A DNA stretch of 64,000 nucleotides from assembly GCA_951406725.2 (NCBI GenBank), contig OX597833.1:17608001-17672000 (forward strand). Direction: 5' to 3'. Position 1 is the stretch's first letter. Each line of letters begins with the position of its first letter. The notes below the pieces were generated by a model. It made no database searches. It saw only the letters and a list, made by a program, of their open reading frames with translations, and was not told the DNA's origin. A program made the translations under genes and the position numbers. Below are positions 44,225 through 57,788 of the stretch, piece after piece. The DNA is from Octopus vulgaris. Its lineage: Eukaryota.

Positions 44225-44655
44225 TCAGCTCTGCTGGCCACAGCTTTTGCTCCATTCCCCTTGTGCTCTGGCCATTCTCCTCCACATTGTTCCAAACATC
44301 TTTCTTAAATCATCTTCCCTCCTGATTGGAGGCCTTGTGAATGGTCTCTTCCATTCGCCCAAGAACCACTCGACAACTGCAGAAATACACCAATTGGCCA
44401 ATTGTCTGTGAACCTTGTGACATGGCCAACCCATCATAGTTTTGTGTGGTTGTATCCTGTAATGATGTCCTTCACTCCAACCTGGCGAAGGGTGTGCTGA
44501 AGGTGAACCTAGATGGGGCAACTGGAGCTAATCTCTTCAACAGCACGGTTTTGCCAGCAATGTTATATGTATCTGAGACCTGGGATTTGATGATGAGAGA
44601 ATAACATCTGCTTATGGTGCAGAAAGCCATGGAAAGGTTAATGTTGAGAGTCTTG
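44225..44655. mobile_element. RTE LINE remnant in two oppositely oriented pieces
   Basis: Minus 44225-44400: EW..KRP.TRPPIRREDDLRKMFGTMWRRMAR. Plus 44524-44655: ANLFNSTVLPAMLYVSETW...QKAMERLML. Confidence 0.75.
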
Positions 44656-45969
44656 CAAAGTGATCAATCTAAAACGAGAACATGTGCATGCATGAGTGTG
44701 CATGTGTATCTTGCCTGCAGTCCACTATGAAAGAATGTTCAGGCTGTTTGCTACATGATAGACTGTGACTTCACTTGGAATAAAATAAAGTTGATGACAG
44801 GAAGAGCAGTCAGTAATAAAAATAAAAGTTCCAGATCAACTTCTCTGAGTTCTGATCTTATTTCATTTGAAATCAGTTGTGCGGTTATCTAAATACAGTT
44901 GAATGTCTTTCAGAGAAAAGGCACCAAAGACAGAGTCATTAATGACAACCCCATACGTTGTTTATCACAACTGAGATCAAATGAGATAAATATCTGCTGG
45001 CTCTATTGTTTTCACTGGCCAACGAGCTACTGATAAAAAAAAAAAAAACACAAGTTCTTGATGTGTTTACCAGAGATTTGAATGGGACATCAATCCTTGA
45101 CAGGATGTTTTGCCATTTGATTATTTTTACATCTGAGCAGTAAGGGCATGGAACCTAGTGGTTAGTATGCTGCACTCATGATTGCAAGATCGTGGTTTCA
45201 ATTCCCAGACGGGGCATTATGTGGTGTTTCTTGAGCAAAACACCACTTTGACATCTGAAATGTGGAGTTAATGTATAGAGCACAAACATTAGATCACTAT
45301 AAACAAATCATTTGGGTAGATTATTCAGTAAGAAATTGAGGAATCCTCATCAGTTGTCTACAACTGAAGAGTCCACATCTGTGAGTTTCATTCCTAGGTA
45401 GTGAGTTGGTGTTTGAGACTCTGCTAATATTCCTGCAACAAGATTATGCTGATATGAAAACAGGTGGTCAAAACAGATGCTTACTATCAAAATAGATGGA
45501 CTTGGCCTCAAGATATTCAAAGAATCTCTGACCATGTTGAGTTGATGGCTTCTAAATCTAGAGTATCTCACACTATGATAGAGATGTTTCACTTTTGACA
45601 CATAATACTCAAATAGTCTAAGAGATAGCACTGTGCTCACATTAGGCAAGAAGTTGATCTGAAAGCAGGTAAATTAGAAATATTGTTTTCATAATATATA
45701 AAACTGAGAATGTGTCTGTCTGTGTGAATCCCTAAAACTCGAGAACTACACAAACGATTTCATTCAAATTTTACATATGCCTTACTAAGGGTACATGCAG
45801 TGTCCTGAGCCAAAATCTTGATGGCTTCTAAATCTCAAGCACAAAGAATATCAGATAGAGAACTAAACGATAGAAATACTTTGTGATATAAATTCTTGTG
45901 AAAAGCCAAAGATTAAAATGAGTTTTTTTTTTCTTTTTTTTTAAATATCAAATACTTTCATTCATTGGA

Positions 45970-46433
45970 CACTGCTTGCGAAGACCTGTTGAGGCAAGTG
46001 AAATTGGAATCGAAATCAAATTCGATGACTGGCATCTGTGCTAGTGGAGCACTAAGAGCACCATCCGAGTGTGATCATTGCCAGAGTGGCTAACTGGCGT
46101 TTGTGCCGGTGGCACATAAAAAGCACCATTCAAGTGTGATCGTTACCAGCATCGTCTTACTGGCACTTGTGTCGGTGTGCAGGTGACACGTAAAAAAAAA
46201 AAAACACGATTTTCCGTGACAGTTGCCAGTACCGCCTGACTGGCCTTTGTGCCAGTGGCATGTAAAAACACCCACTACACACTCGGAGTGGTTGGCGTTA
46301 AGAAGGGCATCAAGCTGTAGAAACTCTGCCGAATCAAGATTGGAGCCTGGTGCAGCCATCTGGTTCGCCAGTCCTCAGTCAAATCGTCCAACCCATGCTA
46401 TCATTGAAAGCAGACGTTAAACGATGATGATGA
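45970..46433 (+). mobile_element. Retroposon family D: internal GTGCC-NNN-GGCAC units and (GAT)n tail
   Basis: GGCGTTAGGAAGGGCATCCAGCTGTAGAAAC...GACGTTAAACGATGATGATG block, also at about 43970, 47935, 48420, 52243, 56745, 60073, 61095, 61750 and 62632. Confidence 0.8.
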
Positions 46434-46712
46434 CTGTATTAGCTAACATACAAGACGTGTTTATTATATGTCTAAATGTACTCAAAACTTGCCATGTCTA
46501 ATGCAGTTGTATTATGGATAGAAGAGTATTGCAGGCTAGGGAGATGGATGATTATAAATCTAATAAGCACAATAATTGTTACTAAAGATAAACTATTGAA
46601 AACAAGCCAAAACAGTCTGTTAGCAGACTGCTGGTATATCAGTGGTTACATGGTGAGGTCACACCATTGCATTATACTTCCTTCCTCAGCATACTTAACC
46701 TATGCTTGATAT

Positions 46713-47104
46713 CTCTTTTTACTTGTTTCAGTCATTTGACTGTGGCCATGCTGGAGCACTGCCTTTTAGTCGAGCAAATCGACCCCGGGACTTATTCTTT
46801 GTAAGCCCAGTACTTATTCTATCGGTCTCTTTTTGCCGAACCGCTAAGTGACGGGGACGTAAACACACCAGCATCGTTTGTCAAGCAATGCTAGGGGGAC
46901 ATACACAAACACACACACACATATATATATACATATATACGACAGGCTTCTTTCAGTTTCCGTCTACCAAATCCACTCACAAGGCATTGGTCGGCCCGGG
47001 GCTATAGCAGAAGACACTTGCCCAAGATGCCGCGCAGTGAGACTGAACCCGGAACCATGTGGTTGGTTAGCAAGCTACTTACCACACAACCACTCCTGCG
47101 CCTA
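46713..47104 (-). mobile_element. Full-length SINE family A
   Basis: Near-identical to 6023-6416. Confidence 0.9.
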
Positions 47105-48825
47105 TATGTGTCTTATTTTATTTAACAACTGTGTTACCTTTAAGAAATATCTTTTTTAATTATCTAAATGAAAGTTCTCCTGGAAGCATGAAAGGATTGT
47201 TAAACTTTCATCTGCCTGTCAGTTATTTGCAGTGGATAACAAAACCAGAGCAGAGGTGAACCACCCTGATGACCAATTGTGGTAACACAAAATATCACAG
47301 TCAAAAATACAAGTTTCACATTCTGTATAGTAAATTGTCTTAACTAAAATATAAACAGCTATATGGTTGGTCTGAAAGATAAAATAGAAATATGATATTC
47401 ATATAGGCGCAGGAGTGGCTGTGTGGTAAGTAGCTTGCTTACCAACCACATGGTTCTGGGTCCAGTCCCACTGTGTGGCACCTTGGGCAAGTGTCTTCTA
47501 CTATAGCCTCAACAGGTCTTCACAAGCAGAGTTTAGTATCCAAAACTTCTGTTGGTAAGTTAGCAGTTTGGCAAAAAAGACTGATAGAATAAGTATTAAG
47601 ATTACAAAGAGTAAGCACTGAGGTTAATTTGTTTGACTAAAGGTGGTGCTCCAGCATGGCCACAGTCAAATGACTGAAGCAAATAAAAGATATATATATA
47701 TATATATATATAAAAGCATGAGTTAATATTGCCTTGCCTTGATACCATGTCATGAGTATATATTCAGTCCCATAACATGACACCTTGGGCATGTGGCCTC
47801 TATTATATCCCTGGAGCTGACCAGTGCCTTGTGAGTGGATTTAGTAAACAGAAACTGAAAAAATCCTGTCGTGTGTGGATGCATTTGTGTTTGTCTTTTA
47901 CCACAGTTTGACAAATCAGGGTTGGTTTTCAGCTGGGGAGCTGCACCAGGTTCCAATCTGATTTGGCACGATTTCTACAGCTGGATGCCCTTCCTAACGC
48001 CAACCACTCCAAAAGTGTAGTGGGTGCTTTTTATGTGCTACCAGCATGGGTGCCATTGACATGACACCAGCATTGGCCACTACTACAATCTCACTTGGCT
48101 TGACAGGACTTCTTTCTCAAGCACAGTATATTGCCAAAGGTCTCTGTCACCTGTCACTACCTCCAGGAGGCCCAACGCTCGAAAAGTGTTTTTTATGTGC
48201 CACCAGCACAAGTGCCAGTCAGATGGCACTGGTATCGGCCATGACTACGATTTGATTTGGCTTGACAGGTCTTCTCGATCACAGCATATCACCCAATGTT
48301 TATACACATATTTATACACAATCATTTTTCTAATTAATCAATCATTATCTCAGAGCTTTGAGATTTTGATTAAAGCATGTCAGTGTAAGGTCAGTGTGAG
48401 AGGTTGGATCTGGCCAGTTTCATCATCATCATCGTTTAACGTCCGCTTTCCATGCTAGCATGGGTTGGACGATTTAACTGAGGACTGGCGAACCAGATGG
48501 CTGCACCAGGCTCCAATCTGATTTGGCAGAGTTTCTACAGCTGGATGCCCTTCCTAATGCCAACCACTCCAAGAGTATAGTGGGTGCTTCTACGTGCCAC
48601 CAGGCACGAGGGCCAGTCAGGCTGTACTGGCAACGGCCATGCTCGAAATCGTGTTTTTTACGTGCCAGCGGCACTGGCAACAACCTCGCTCGAATGTTTT
48701 GTTCACATGCCACCAGCACAAGTGCCAGTAAGGTGACGCTGGTAACGATCATGCTCAAATGGTGCTTTTTATGTGCCCACCGGCACGGAAGCCAGGCAGC
48801 TGCTCTGGCAGTGATCCCAGTTTAA

Positions 48826-49046
48826 CCCTTTGGTGTTTAAGCCGGCCATATCCGGCCCAAATATCCTACATGTTTTACATTCAAACTGGCCATATCCAGC
48901 CCCTAACACCTAACCTACATTGACATTCTAAGAATAAACTATCACACCAATGAAACTTCAAAGCTGTTAGATAATGTATGATTAATTGAAAATAATTTTA
49001 GTGAAAAAAGTATTACATTTAACAGATTAATCTGAACACTAAAGGG
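48826..49046. mobile_element. piggyBac-type MITE
   Basis: TTAA|CCCTTTGGTGTT...AACACTAAAGGG|TTAA. Confidence 0.8.
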
Positions 49047-49348
49047 TTAAACCTAAAAAACATGTAGAGAATATTTGGACCTGATATGGCTGAAGGGTTA
49101 AAACAAAATAACCTGAAAATTAAAGTAGACATATATTACATACATACATACATACATACATGCAAAATATAAAATCTTCTCTAATTAAAAAAAATAATAA
49201 ACCCAAATGAAGAGGATGTAACAATAGCATGAGTTTTAATTAAGGATATTAGCATTAGAAGATAATTGCAAGTTTTATCTTTCCAATCCTAATCAATCCA
49301 AGATTCAATCAGAGTTCGAGTAATATTTAGAGTGTAGTTGTTCTTCCT

Positions 49349-49911
49349 TTTATTTTTCTTCTGTTCTTCAATCCATGTTTGCTGATAAACTATTAAAAAA
49401 TACTGTATAAATAAAAAATATATATTCCTTACAGATATTGCCTTGTACAAAATATATACATTATATTCTAATACTAAAAACAGCTATCAATTTACTAACC
49501 CAAAAGTAACTTACAAAAACTGTCTTCACTACAAAACAATTCTGGTCCATTAAAGAATGTGTTTGGGTTAGTTGATAGAATATTTTTTTTTTCACAACTA
49601 GTAGCAAATTTATTGAAAGTGGGGGGTAATGGGGGAAGGTTAGAGATGGTATTAGCAGTAGTATTAGCAGCAGCAATGGATCTTACATGTTTCAGATAAA
49701 CAGTTGTCAAGATGTGTCTAAAAAAAAAAAAAAAATTTCAAAAAAAAAAAGTGGGAATTTTTATTTCCAACTTCATTCTAGCCTCGAGAAAAAAAAGGTA
49801 GATAAAGTTTGGTGAGGGGGAGAGAAAAAAAAAACAAAAACAAATGTTCTGTTCATGCAATGTTCAAATATCACACAATAGAAGGAGCCACACACTTTGT
49901 TCGAGTATTCT
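49349..49911 (-). other. Putative NEURL2 3' UTR with candidate AATAAA signals (49760-49765, 49609-49614, 49349-49354)
   Basis: Unique AT-rich sequence after the stop codon, with TTTATT on the plus strand at three sites. The true end is unknown. Confidence 0.4.
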
Positions 49912-50027
49912 TCAGACTTCATATAACAGAAACTGCTTTAATTTGGTTGGTAATGGTAATATATCGATATCTTCTTTACGAACCATTTGTAAGATGATTT
50001 CACGACAAGCATTCTGTAATGATGTCA
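49912..50027 (-). CDS. NEURL2: NEURL2 coding exon 2, SOCS box
   Basis: Acceptor TTTCTTTCCAG| then (G)TG-ACA: VTSLQNACREII...IDILPLPTKLKQFLLYEV*, a typical SOCS box. Phase matches the exon-1 donor. Joined CDS is 795 nt (264 aa plus stop). Confidence 0.9.
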
Positions 50028-50064
50028 CTGGAAAGAAACAAATATATATGTATATATATATATA

Positions 50065-50480
50065 TGTATAAAAAATATAAAAATACAAAATGGGACAAGA
50101 ACGCAAGACATTCAAATAGACGATACAAAGAACGAACGGGTCATTCGAAGCCTCTAATCTTCAGTCAAGAACAGGATCATCCTCGCAATTTCGGCCAGCC
50201 AGTCCCAAGGAAAAACTAAGCTACCAGCATTAGATTTCTTGGAAAAAGGATCAAATGTATATGAAACAAGGACAGAAAAACGGACGATGTTACACGAATA
50301 TAAATACAAAAAAACAAAAGGTAATACGAATATAAATACAAAATACAATAATAATAATAATAACAGGACAAAAACAACAGGCGTCTTTCGACTTTAGACA
50401 GTTCAACTTGTATGTATATAATTTAAAAAACAAGAAAAACAAAAGGCTGACAAAAGAAAGGGAAAAAATAATAAAGAACA
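50065..50480. mobile_element. (TA)n-embedded element of the 843-bp family, next to the NEURL2 acceptor
   Basis: Shares GGACAAGAACG...TCTTCAGTCAAGAAC.GGATCATC...AATTTCGGC with the 39104 unit. Confidence 0.75.
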
Positions 50481-50572
50481 TTTGAAAGCATTGGTTTTGT
50501 TACCTGATGCAAAGTTCCACTCTTGGTCCAAATTAGAACAAAATTTTCACTTTCAAAGTTAAAGCTATTTAA

Positions 50573-50792
50573 CCCTTTCATGACCAACCCGGCTGAAAGC
50601 GGTCTGGCTCTGTAGTACAAATGTCTTGTTTTCATAAGTTTTGAATTAAAATCTTCCACCAACCCTTAGTCACAATTAATGTTCCTAACACCAGCTTAAT
50701 GATAACCAGGTTATTTTACTAAATTCCTTGTTATATTTAAAATAATTAAAAGAAACACAGAGCATCTCAAAATAAATACAGTAACAAAAGGG
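50573..50792. mobile_element. piggyBac-type MITE
   Basis: TTAA|CCCTTT...AAAGGG|TTAA. Inverted homolog of the 55992-56717 copies. Confidence 0.85.
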
Positions 50793-51218
50793 TTAAAGAT
50801 AGGGATAGATGCAAACATGGCTGTGTGGTAAGAAGTCTCATTCCCAAGCACATGGTACTAGGTTCAGTTCCACTGCATGGCACCTTGGGGCAAATGCTTT
50901 CTACATTAGCTTCAGGTCAAGCAAAGATGGAAACTGAAAGAAACCTGCATGACATATTCATGTATGTGTGTGTGTGTGTGTGTAATCTTGTGTCTGTGTT
51001 TGTCCCCCACCACTTGACAACCAGTGTTGGTTTGTTTATGTCCCTGTAACTTAGCAAATTTTGCAAAAGAAACCAATAGTACAAATACCAGACTTAAAAA
51101 AAAAAATGATAAATACTGAGACTGATTTATTTGACTGGACCCTTCAAGGTGGTGCCCCAGCATGGTTGTAGTCGAATGACAAAGAAATATAAAGCAAAAC
51201 AAAAAAAAATACTGAAAA

Positions 51219-51642
51219 TAGGCATAGGAGTGGCTGTGTGGTAAGTAGCTTGCATACGAACCACATGGTTCCAGGTTCAGTCCTACTGCATGGCAGCTTG
51301 GGCAAATGTCTTCTACTCTAGCCTCGGGCTGACGAAAACCTTGTGAGAGGATTTGGTAGACGGAAACTGAAAGAAGCCCGTCATATATATGTATAAATAT
51401 ATACATATGTATGTGTGTGTGTGTGTGTGTATATGTTTGTGTGTCTGTGTTTGTCCCCCCCCCCAACATTGCTTGACAACCAATGCTGGCGTGTTTACAT
51501 CCCCGTAACTTAGTGGTTCAGCAAAAGACACCGATAGAATAAGTACTAGGCTAACAAAGAATAAGTCCTGGAGTTGTTTTGCTTGTCTAAAGGTGGTGCT
51601 CCAGCATGGCCACAGTCACATGACTGAAACAAGTAAAAGAGT
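51219..51642 (+). mobile_element. SINE family A
   Basis: Full-length similarity, with partial CpG decay. Confidence 0.85.
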
Positions 51643-51758
51643 ATAGGAACATCTTTCTTCTCACAACAAACCAACATATCAAGTTTTAAACATTATTTAA
51701 TGGAAGTTGTTCCTATCACAGACTACTCTGAATTACATTTTTTAAACTTTATGATTTA

Positions 51759-52160
51759 TCTCTCTCTCTATATAAAACTGAAGTTGTCTGTGTATGGCAG
51801 GTTTTGAAGCCTTCAACTAACACTATCTCCTCTGAGACACTGCGGCACAGGTTGACCAAAATTAAGAGTATGATAGAAGAAGGCTTGCTCTTCCTTCCGT
51901 AGAAGAAAAAATTCAAATCGGACCATGTTAACACCAAAAATTATTTACATCAAAAAGGTGCTTTTTTTTCTATGAAAATCCCTATTTTTTACAATTTTTT
52001 TTACTACTGTGTTGCCATTTTTCGGTGTATTTCAATCAGAAAAATGTTCACTTAAAGAGAATAACAAGCTACATAATGCAAAATTTTTACTTTTCAAGAA
52101 TTCTAATTCTAAAGGATCGAAAAGAAAACAAACCCGAGCAACGCCAGGTAATACTGCTAG
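51759..52160 (+). mobile_element. Non-autonomous Helitron
   Basis: A|TC...hairpin...CTAG|T. Homolog of 26223-26638. Confidence 0.82.
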
Positions 52161-53949
52161 TAAATAGATATGAGCACTTTAAAAACATCATTATTTAGAG
52201 TGTCATCTGAATTATAGCTGGGAAAAGAAAAAAATATGAAGCATCATCATCATCATTTAACGTCCGTTTTCCGCGCTTGCACGGTTCGACCGGGGTCTGG
52301 GAAGCCAGGGGCTGCACCAGGCTCTAGTCTGATCTGGCAGTGTTTCTACAGCTGGATGCCCTTCCTAATGCCAACCACTCCATGAATGTAGTGGGTGCAT
52401 TTTACGTGCCACCAGCACAGGTGCCAGGGCAGTCTGGCATCGGCCATGATTGGTTGGTGCTTTTAACGTGCCACCGGGACGGAAGCCAGCCAAGACGGCA
52501 CTGGCATCGGCCACGTTCGGATGGTGCTTTTTATGTGCCACCGGCACAGAAGCCAGTCGAGGCGGCGCTGGCATCGGCCATGGTCGGATGGTGCTTTTTA
52601 TGTGCCACCGGCACAGGTATCACAACTACTAAATTCATTAAATTCAAATACATAAATATATAAACAAGGAAAAACTATAAAAATCAGCTGATAAAATAAA
52701 TAATATACTAAAGTCTTAATTAATATACAATAATAAATAGTGTGCAGATTGTCCAGCATTAATCTGACAACCACTAATCCAGTTCCATCCCTAATCCAAC
52801 ACAAATTTCAGCTGACCTAATTTTAATCTCAAATTTTCCAGATTGCTGCATCAAGTTGCGATTAATGCACACATTGTGTTCCAGTCAATTTGATCAATTG
52901 AACAGCCTGCTTGTAAAAATTAATGTGCAAGCGGCTGAGCACTCTACTACAAACACGCGTACCCTTAAGGCGAGACTAACACCTCAGGCGTAGGAAAAGA
53001 CTCCTAAATTGAAGGTGTTCTCACGCAGCAGGAATAAAACGCAGGCAAACCAAACATGGCATACATAAAGAACAGAGTTCTATCAAAGGGTTAACAAAGG
53101 TGCAGGAGTGGCTGCATGGTAAGTAGCTTGCTTACCAACTACATGGTTCTGGGTTCAGTCCCACTGACCCCAAAACCATGTGGTTGTGTAACAGGCTTCT
53201 TACCAGACAGCCACTCCTGCAAGCATGCATGTATATACATATATATATGTGTGTGTGTGTGTTATAAAATAAATCCTAAAATAATCTTTAGAACAAAGTT
53301 TTGTTAAAGCTGTTTTAGAGATATTAGATATAGGTGTAGGAGTGGCTGTTTGGTAAGTAGCTTGCTAACCAACCACATGGTTCTGGGTTCTGTCCCACTG
53401 CGTGGCATCTTGGGCAATGGTCTTCTACTATAGCCTAGGGCCGACCAAAATACATATTCAAATTTCCACATTGTCTATTCATGACCTAATTACATATTCA
53501 AAATGACCGACAAGGCAAACATACCCTTATTTTAGGTCAATTTTTCAACCAAACAAAGATAATATGCTCTAACTTGGAATGCCAACAGATTGGGGCACAG
53601 ACTAGATGCTGAATCGAAGACATTAATGAAGTTGGCCTAGATTTCGTTATGGGGTTGCTCATAGCCATATATAGCAGTTTAAGCGTTTTTGACCCCTGGG
53701 TAGTAGCATTCAAGTGTCTCTGGAAGATGAACAAATGAAGTGTATCTAATCACACTAGAACAGCATCTAGGCAAGTATCAAGGTAATACATATGCAAATT
53801 TCAGCCTATTACATAAATTATTCTTGGAGATTTTAAGACCTAAAGATTGCCACACATAATCAGAAATGTCAATTTGAGAAAAACACAAAAACCGCTGGAA
53901 ATGGTCAACTTTACAACAAAGCCTGATTAACACAAGCATAATTCTTTTA

Positions 53950-54601
53950 TCCTTGTGTTTCAGTCATTTGACTGCGGCCATGCTGGAGCACTGCCTTTAG
54001 TCAAACAAATCAAACCCAGGACTTATTCTTTGTAAACCTAGTACTTATTCTATCGGTCTCTTTTGCCAAACCACTACGTTACGGGGATGTAAACACACCA
54101 GCATCGGTTGTCAAGCAATGTTGGGGGGACAAACACAGACACACAAACATATACATATATACGACGGGCTTCTTTCAGTTTCCGTCTACCACATCCACTC
54201 ACAAGGCTTTGGTCGGCCCGAGGCTATAGCAGAAGACATTTGCTGGACCACTGCCTTTAGTCAAACAAATCAAACCCAGGACTTATTCTTTGTAAACCTA
54301 GTACTTATTCTTTCGGTCTCTTTTGCCAAACCGCTAAGTTACAGGGATGTAAACACACAACACTGGCTGTCAAGTCATGGTGAGGAAACAAACACAGACA
54401 CATACATACATATGACTCTTTGACTTGTTTCTGTCATTTGACTGTGGCCATGCTGGAGCACCACCTTTAGTCAAGCAAATCAACCCCTGGACTTATTCTT
54501 TGTAAGCCCAGTACTTATTCTATCGGTCTCTTTTGCCGAACCGCTAATGACGGAGACGTAAACACACCAGCATCGGTTGTCAAGCAATGCTAGGGGGACA
54601 A

Positions 54602-54632
<31 letters not shown>

Positions 54633-55308
54633 CATATATACAACAGGCTTCTTTCAGTTTCCATCTACCAAATCCACTCACGGGTCTATAGCAGAAGACA
54701 CTTGCCCAAGATTCCACGCAGTGGGACTGAACCCGGAACCATGTGGTTGGTTAGCAAGCTACTTACCACACAGCCACTCCTGCGCCTATATATATATATT
54801 TTAAATTAATAAGAGAAGGGTAAAATTTATTAATCAAATTAATTAACTAATTAACTACTTTACCAAGTAGATTGGTACGTTAAAATAACCGTTATAGGTA
54901 AAATTATCCACATAATTATAATTAGGGTCCAGCCAACTGCTTCACCACAAACTGAAATTAGAAATAGGGGTTGAAAATTTCTTTTCTGCTAATATATAAG
55001 AAATTCTTATAGTAGCAGAAAAAGAATTTTTAACTCCTATTTCTAATTTTGGTATGTGGTGAAGCTTTAGCTGAACCCTAATTATAATTATGTACATGAT
55101 ATATATATATATATATATATACTCTTTTACTTGTTTCGGTCATTTGACTGCGGCCATGCTGGAGCACCGCCTTTAGTCGAGCAAATCGACCCCGGGACTT
55201 ATTCTTTGTAAGCCCAGTACTTATTCTATCAGTCTCTTTTGCCAAACCGCTAAGTGACGGAGACGTAAACACACCAGCATCGGTTGTCAAGCAATGCTAG
55301 GGGGACAA

Positions 55309-55341
<33 letters not shown>

Positions 55342-55511
55342 CATATATACGACAGGCTTCTTTCAGTTTCCGTCTACCAAATCCACTCACAAGGCATTGG
55401 TCGGCCCGGGGCTATAGCAGAAGACACTTGCCCAAGATGCCACGCAGTGGGACTGAACCCGGAACCATGTGGTTGGTAAGCAAGCTACTTACCACACAGC
55501 CACCCCTGTGC

Positions 55512-55513
<2 letters not shown>
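53950..55513 (-). mobile_element. Cluster of family-A SINEs (about 53950-54420, 54415-54787, 55121-55513) with a fold-back element at 54800-55095
   Basis: Similarity to other copies. Fold-back arms at about 54910-54991 / 55013-55093. Confidence 0.82.
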
Positions 55514-55555
<42 letters not shown>

Positions 55556-55991
55556 GACAGAATATCCACATTTTAGTGAAATATTTGCAGTTTTGCACAT
55601 TCTAATAACACCCAGAGGCATATCCTTTGCTATTTTTCTGAGATTTTGCAATCTGAAATCCGAGGTGTTTGTCTTACCTTAACGTAGTTCTCTGGGAGCT
55701 TCAGCAAGACACAGAGTGTAACAAGGCTGGGCCTTTGAATTACAGGTATAATTCAATTTTGCCAGCAGAGTGGACTGGAGCAACGTGAAATAAAGTGTCT
55801 TGCTCAAGGACACAAAAGGTCATCAAGAATTGATCTCATGACCTTATGATTCAAAACCAAATACCCTGACCACTAAGCCAGATGCTTTTGTGGAGTACTC
55901 AGCCACTTTTATGTTAATTTCACAAGCAGGCTGTTCTGTTGATCAGACCAAGTGGATCCTTTGCTGTTGTAACCAATGGTGAGCTAGTTAA

Positions 55992-56717
55992 CCCTTTCAT
56001 TACTGTATTTATTTTAAGATGCTCTGTGTTTCTTTCAATTATTTTAAATATAACAAAGAATTTAGTAAAATAACTTAGTTATGATTAAGCTAGTGTTAGG
56101 AACATAAATTGTGACTAAGGTTTGGTGAAACATTTTAATTCAGATCTTATGAAAACAAAACATTTGTACTCTAAGCCAGAGGTGGTTTCAGCCAGGTTGG
56201 TATCGAAAGGGTTAAGAATGGTTTCTCTATTATATATATTTTAACCCTTTTGTTACCATATTTCTGTTGAGATGCTCTGTGTTTCTTTCAATTATTTTAA
56301 ACATAACAAAGAATTTAGTGAAATAACTTACTTATCATTCAGCTAGTGTTAGGAACATAAATTGTGACTAAGGTTTGGTGGAACATTTTAATTCAGAACT
56401 TATGAAAACAAAACATTTGTACTCAGAGCCAGACCAGTTTCAGCCAGGTTGGTATCGAAAGGGTTAAGAATGGTTTCTCTATTATATATATTTTAACCCT
56501 TTTGTTACCATATTTCTGTTGAGATGCTCTGTGTTTCTTTCAATTATTTTAAATATAACAAAGAATTTAGTAAAATAACTTACTTATCATTAAGCTAGTG
56601 TTAGGAGCATAAATTGTGACTAAGGCTTCGTGGAAGATTTTATTTCAAAACTTATGAAAACAAGACATTTGTACCACAGAGCCAGAGCCGGTTTCGGCCA
56701 GGTTAGTAACAAAAGGG
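55992..56717. mobile_element. Three tandem piggyBac-type MITEs (55992-56211, 56245-56463, 56497-56717)
   Basis: Each is TTAA|CCCTTT...AAAGGG|TTAA. The spacer GAATGGTTTCTCTATTATATATATT occurs twice. Confidence 0.9.
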
Positions 56718-57386
56718 TTAAACACATTGTCAGTAATAGTCATGGCTGTTGCCAGGGTCATTTAAATGGCACCTGTGAAAGCATAATTGTGGCCATTGCT
56801 GGTGTCATGTGAATGGCACACATGATGATGGTACATAAAACACCCATTACACTCTTGAAGTGGTTGGCATTAGGAAGGGCATCCAGCCATAGAAACCATC
56901 CCAAATATGACTGGAACCTGGTGCAGCTCCTTAGCTTACCAGTTCCAGTCAAACTGCCAGCATGGAAACTGGACCTTAAATGGTGATGATGATGATGACA
57001 GGCAAAGTATTCCATTTTGTCTTTTCGTCCCCTCCATCACTGTTAGCTCCAGCCATGGTTCCAATGAATAAAGACAATGCTTGTAGTGTAAAGCGCAAAC
57101 ACTAGAAATTTCCCCTTGGAGATGAGGTTGAAATTTCGAAAGACCTTGACAGGAGTATGTCTGTAAAAGGTCTGTGTGAGTTGCAGAGAATTGGCTCTTC
57201 CACAGTTTAACTCCTTACCTGGCAAAGATGAGTTGTCTTCACCCAATGTCTTTTCCAGAGTGTAACAAGTAAACTTGTCCAAAACATAGAATTTCAAAAA
57301 CAGCCACTGATGAGTTTATACGTCAATTCTCAGGATTTCTTGGTTTTTATTTACAAATTACGCCCAGATGTGTTTTTTTTACATCC

Positions 57387-57788
57387 TAGGCGTAGCAGTG
57401 GCTGTGTGGTAAGTAGCTTGCTTACCAACCACAAGGTTCCGGGTTCAGTCCCACAGCGTGGCACCTTGGGCAAATGTCTTCTACTATAGCCTCGGGCCGA
57501 CCAAAGCCTTGTGAGTGGATTTGGTAGACAGAAACTGAAAGAAGCCCGTCGTATATATAGGTATGTGTGTGTATATGTTTGTGTGTCTGTGTTTGTCCCC
57601 CCAACATCACTTGACAACCAATGCTGGTGTGTTTATGTCCCCATAACTTAGCAGTTTGACAAAAGAGACTGATAGAATAAGTACTGGGCTTACAAAGAAT
57701 AAGTCTTGGAGTCAATTTGCTCGACTAAAGGCAGTGCTCCAGCATGGCCACAGTCAAATGACTGCAACAAGTAAAAGAGTAAAAGAGA
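57387..57788 (+). mobile_element. SINE family A
   Basis: Full-length similarity. Confidence 0.87.

Noticed and set aside
57307-57313. CTGATGAG motif
   Set aside because: No paired stem followed by GAAA.
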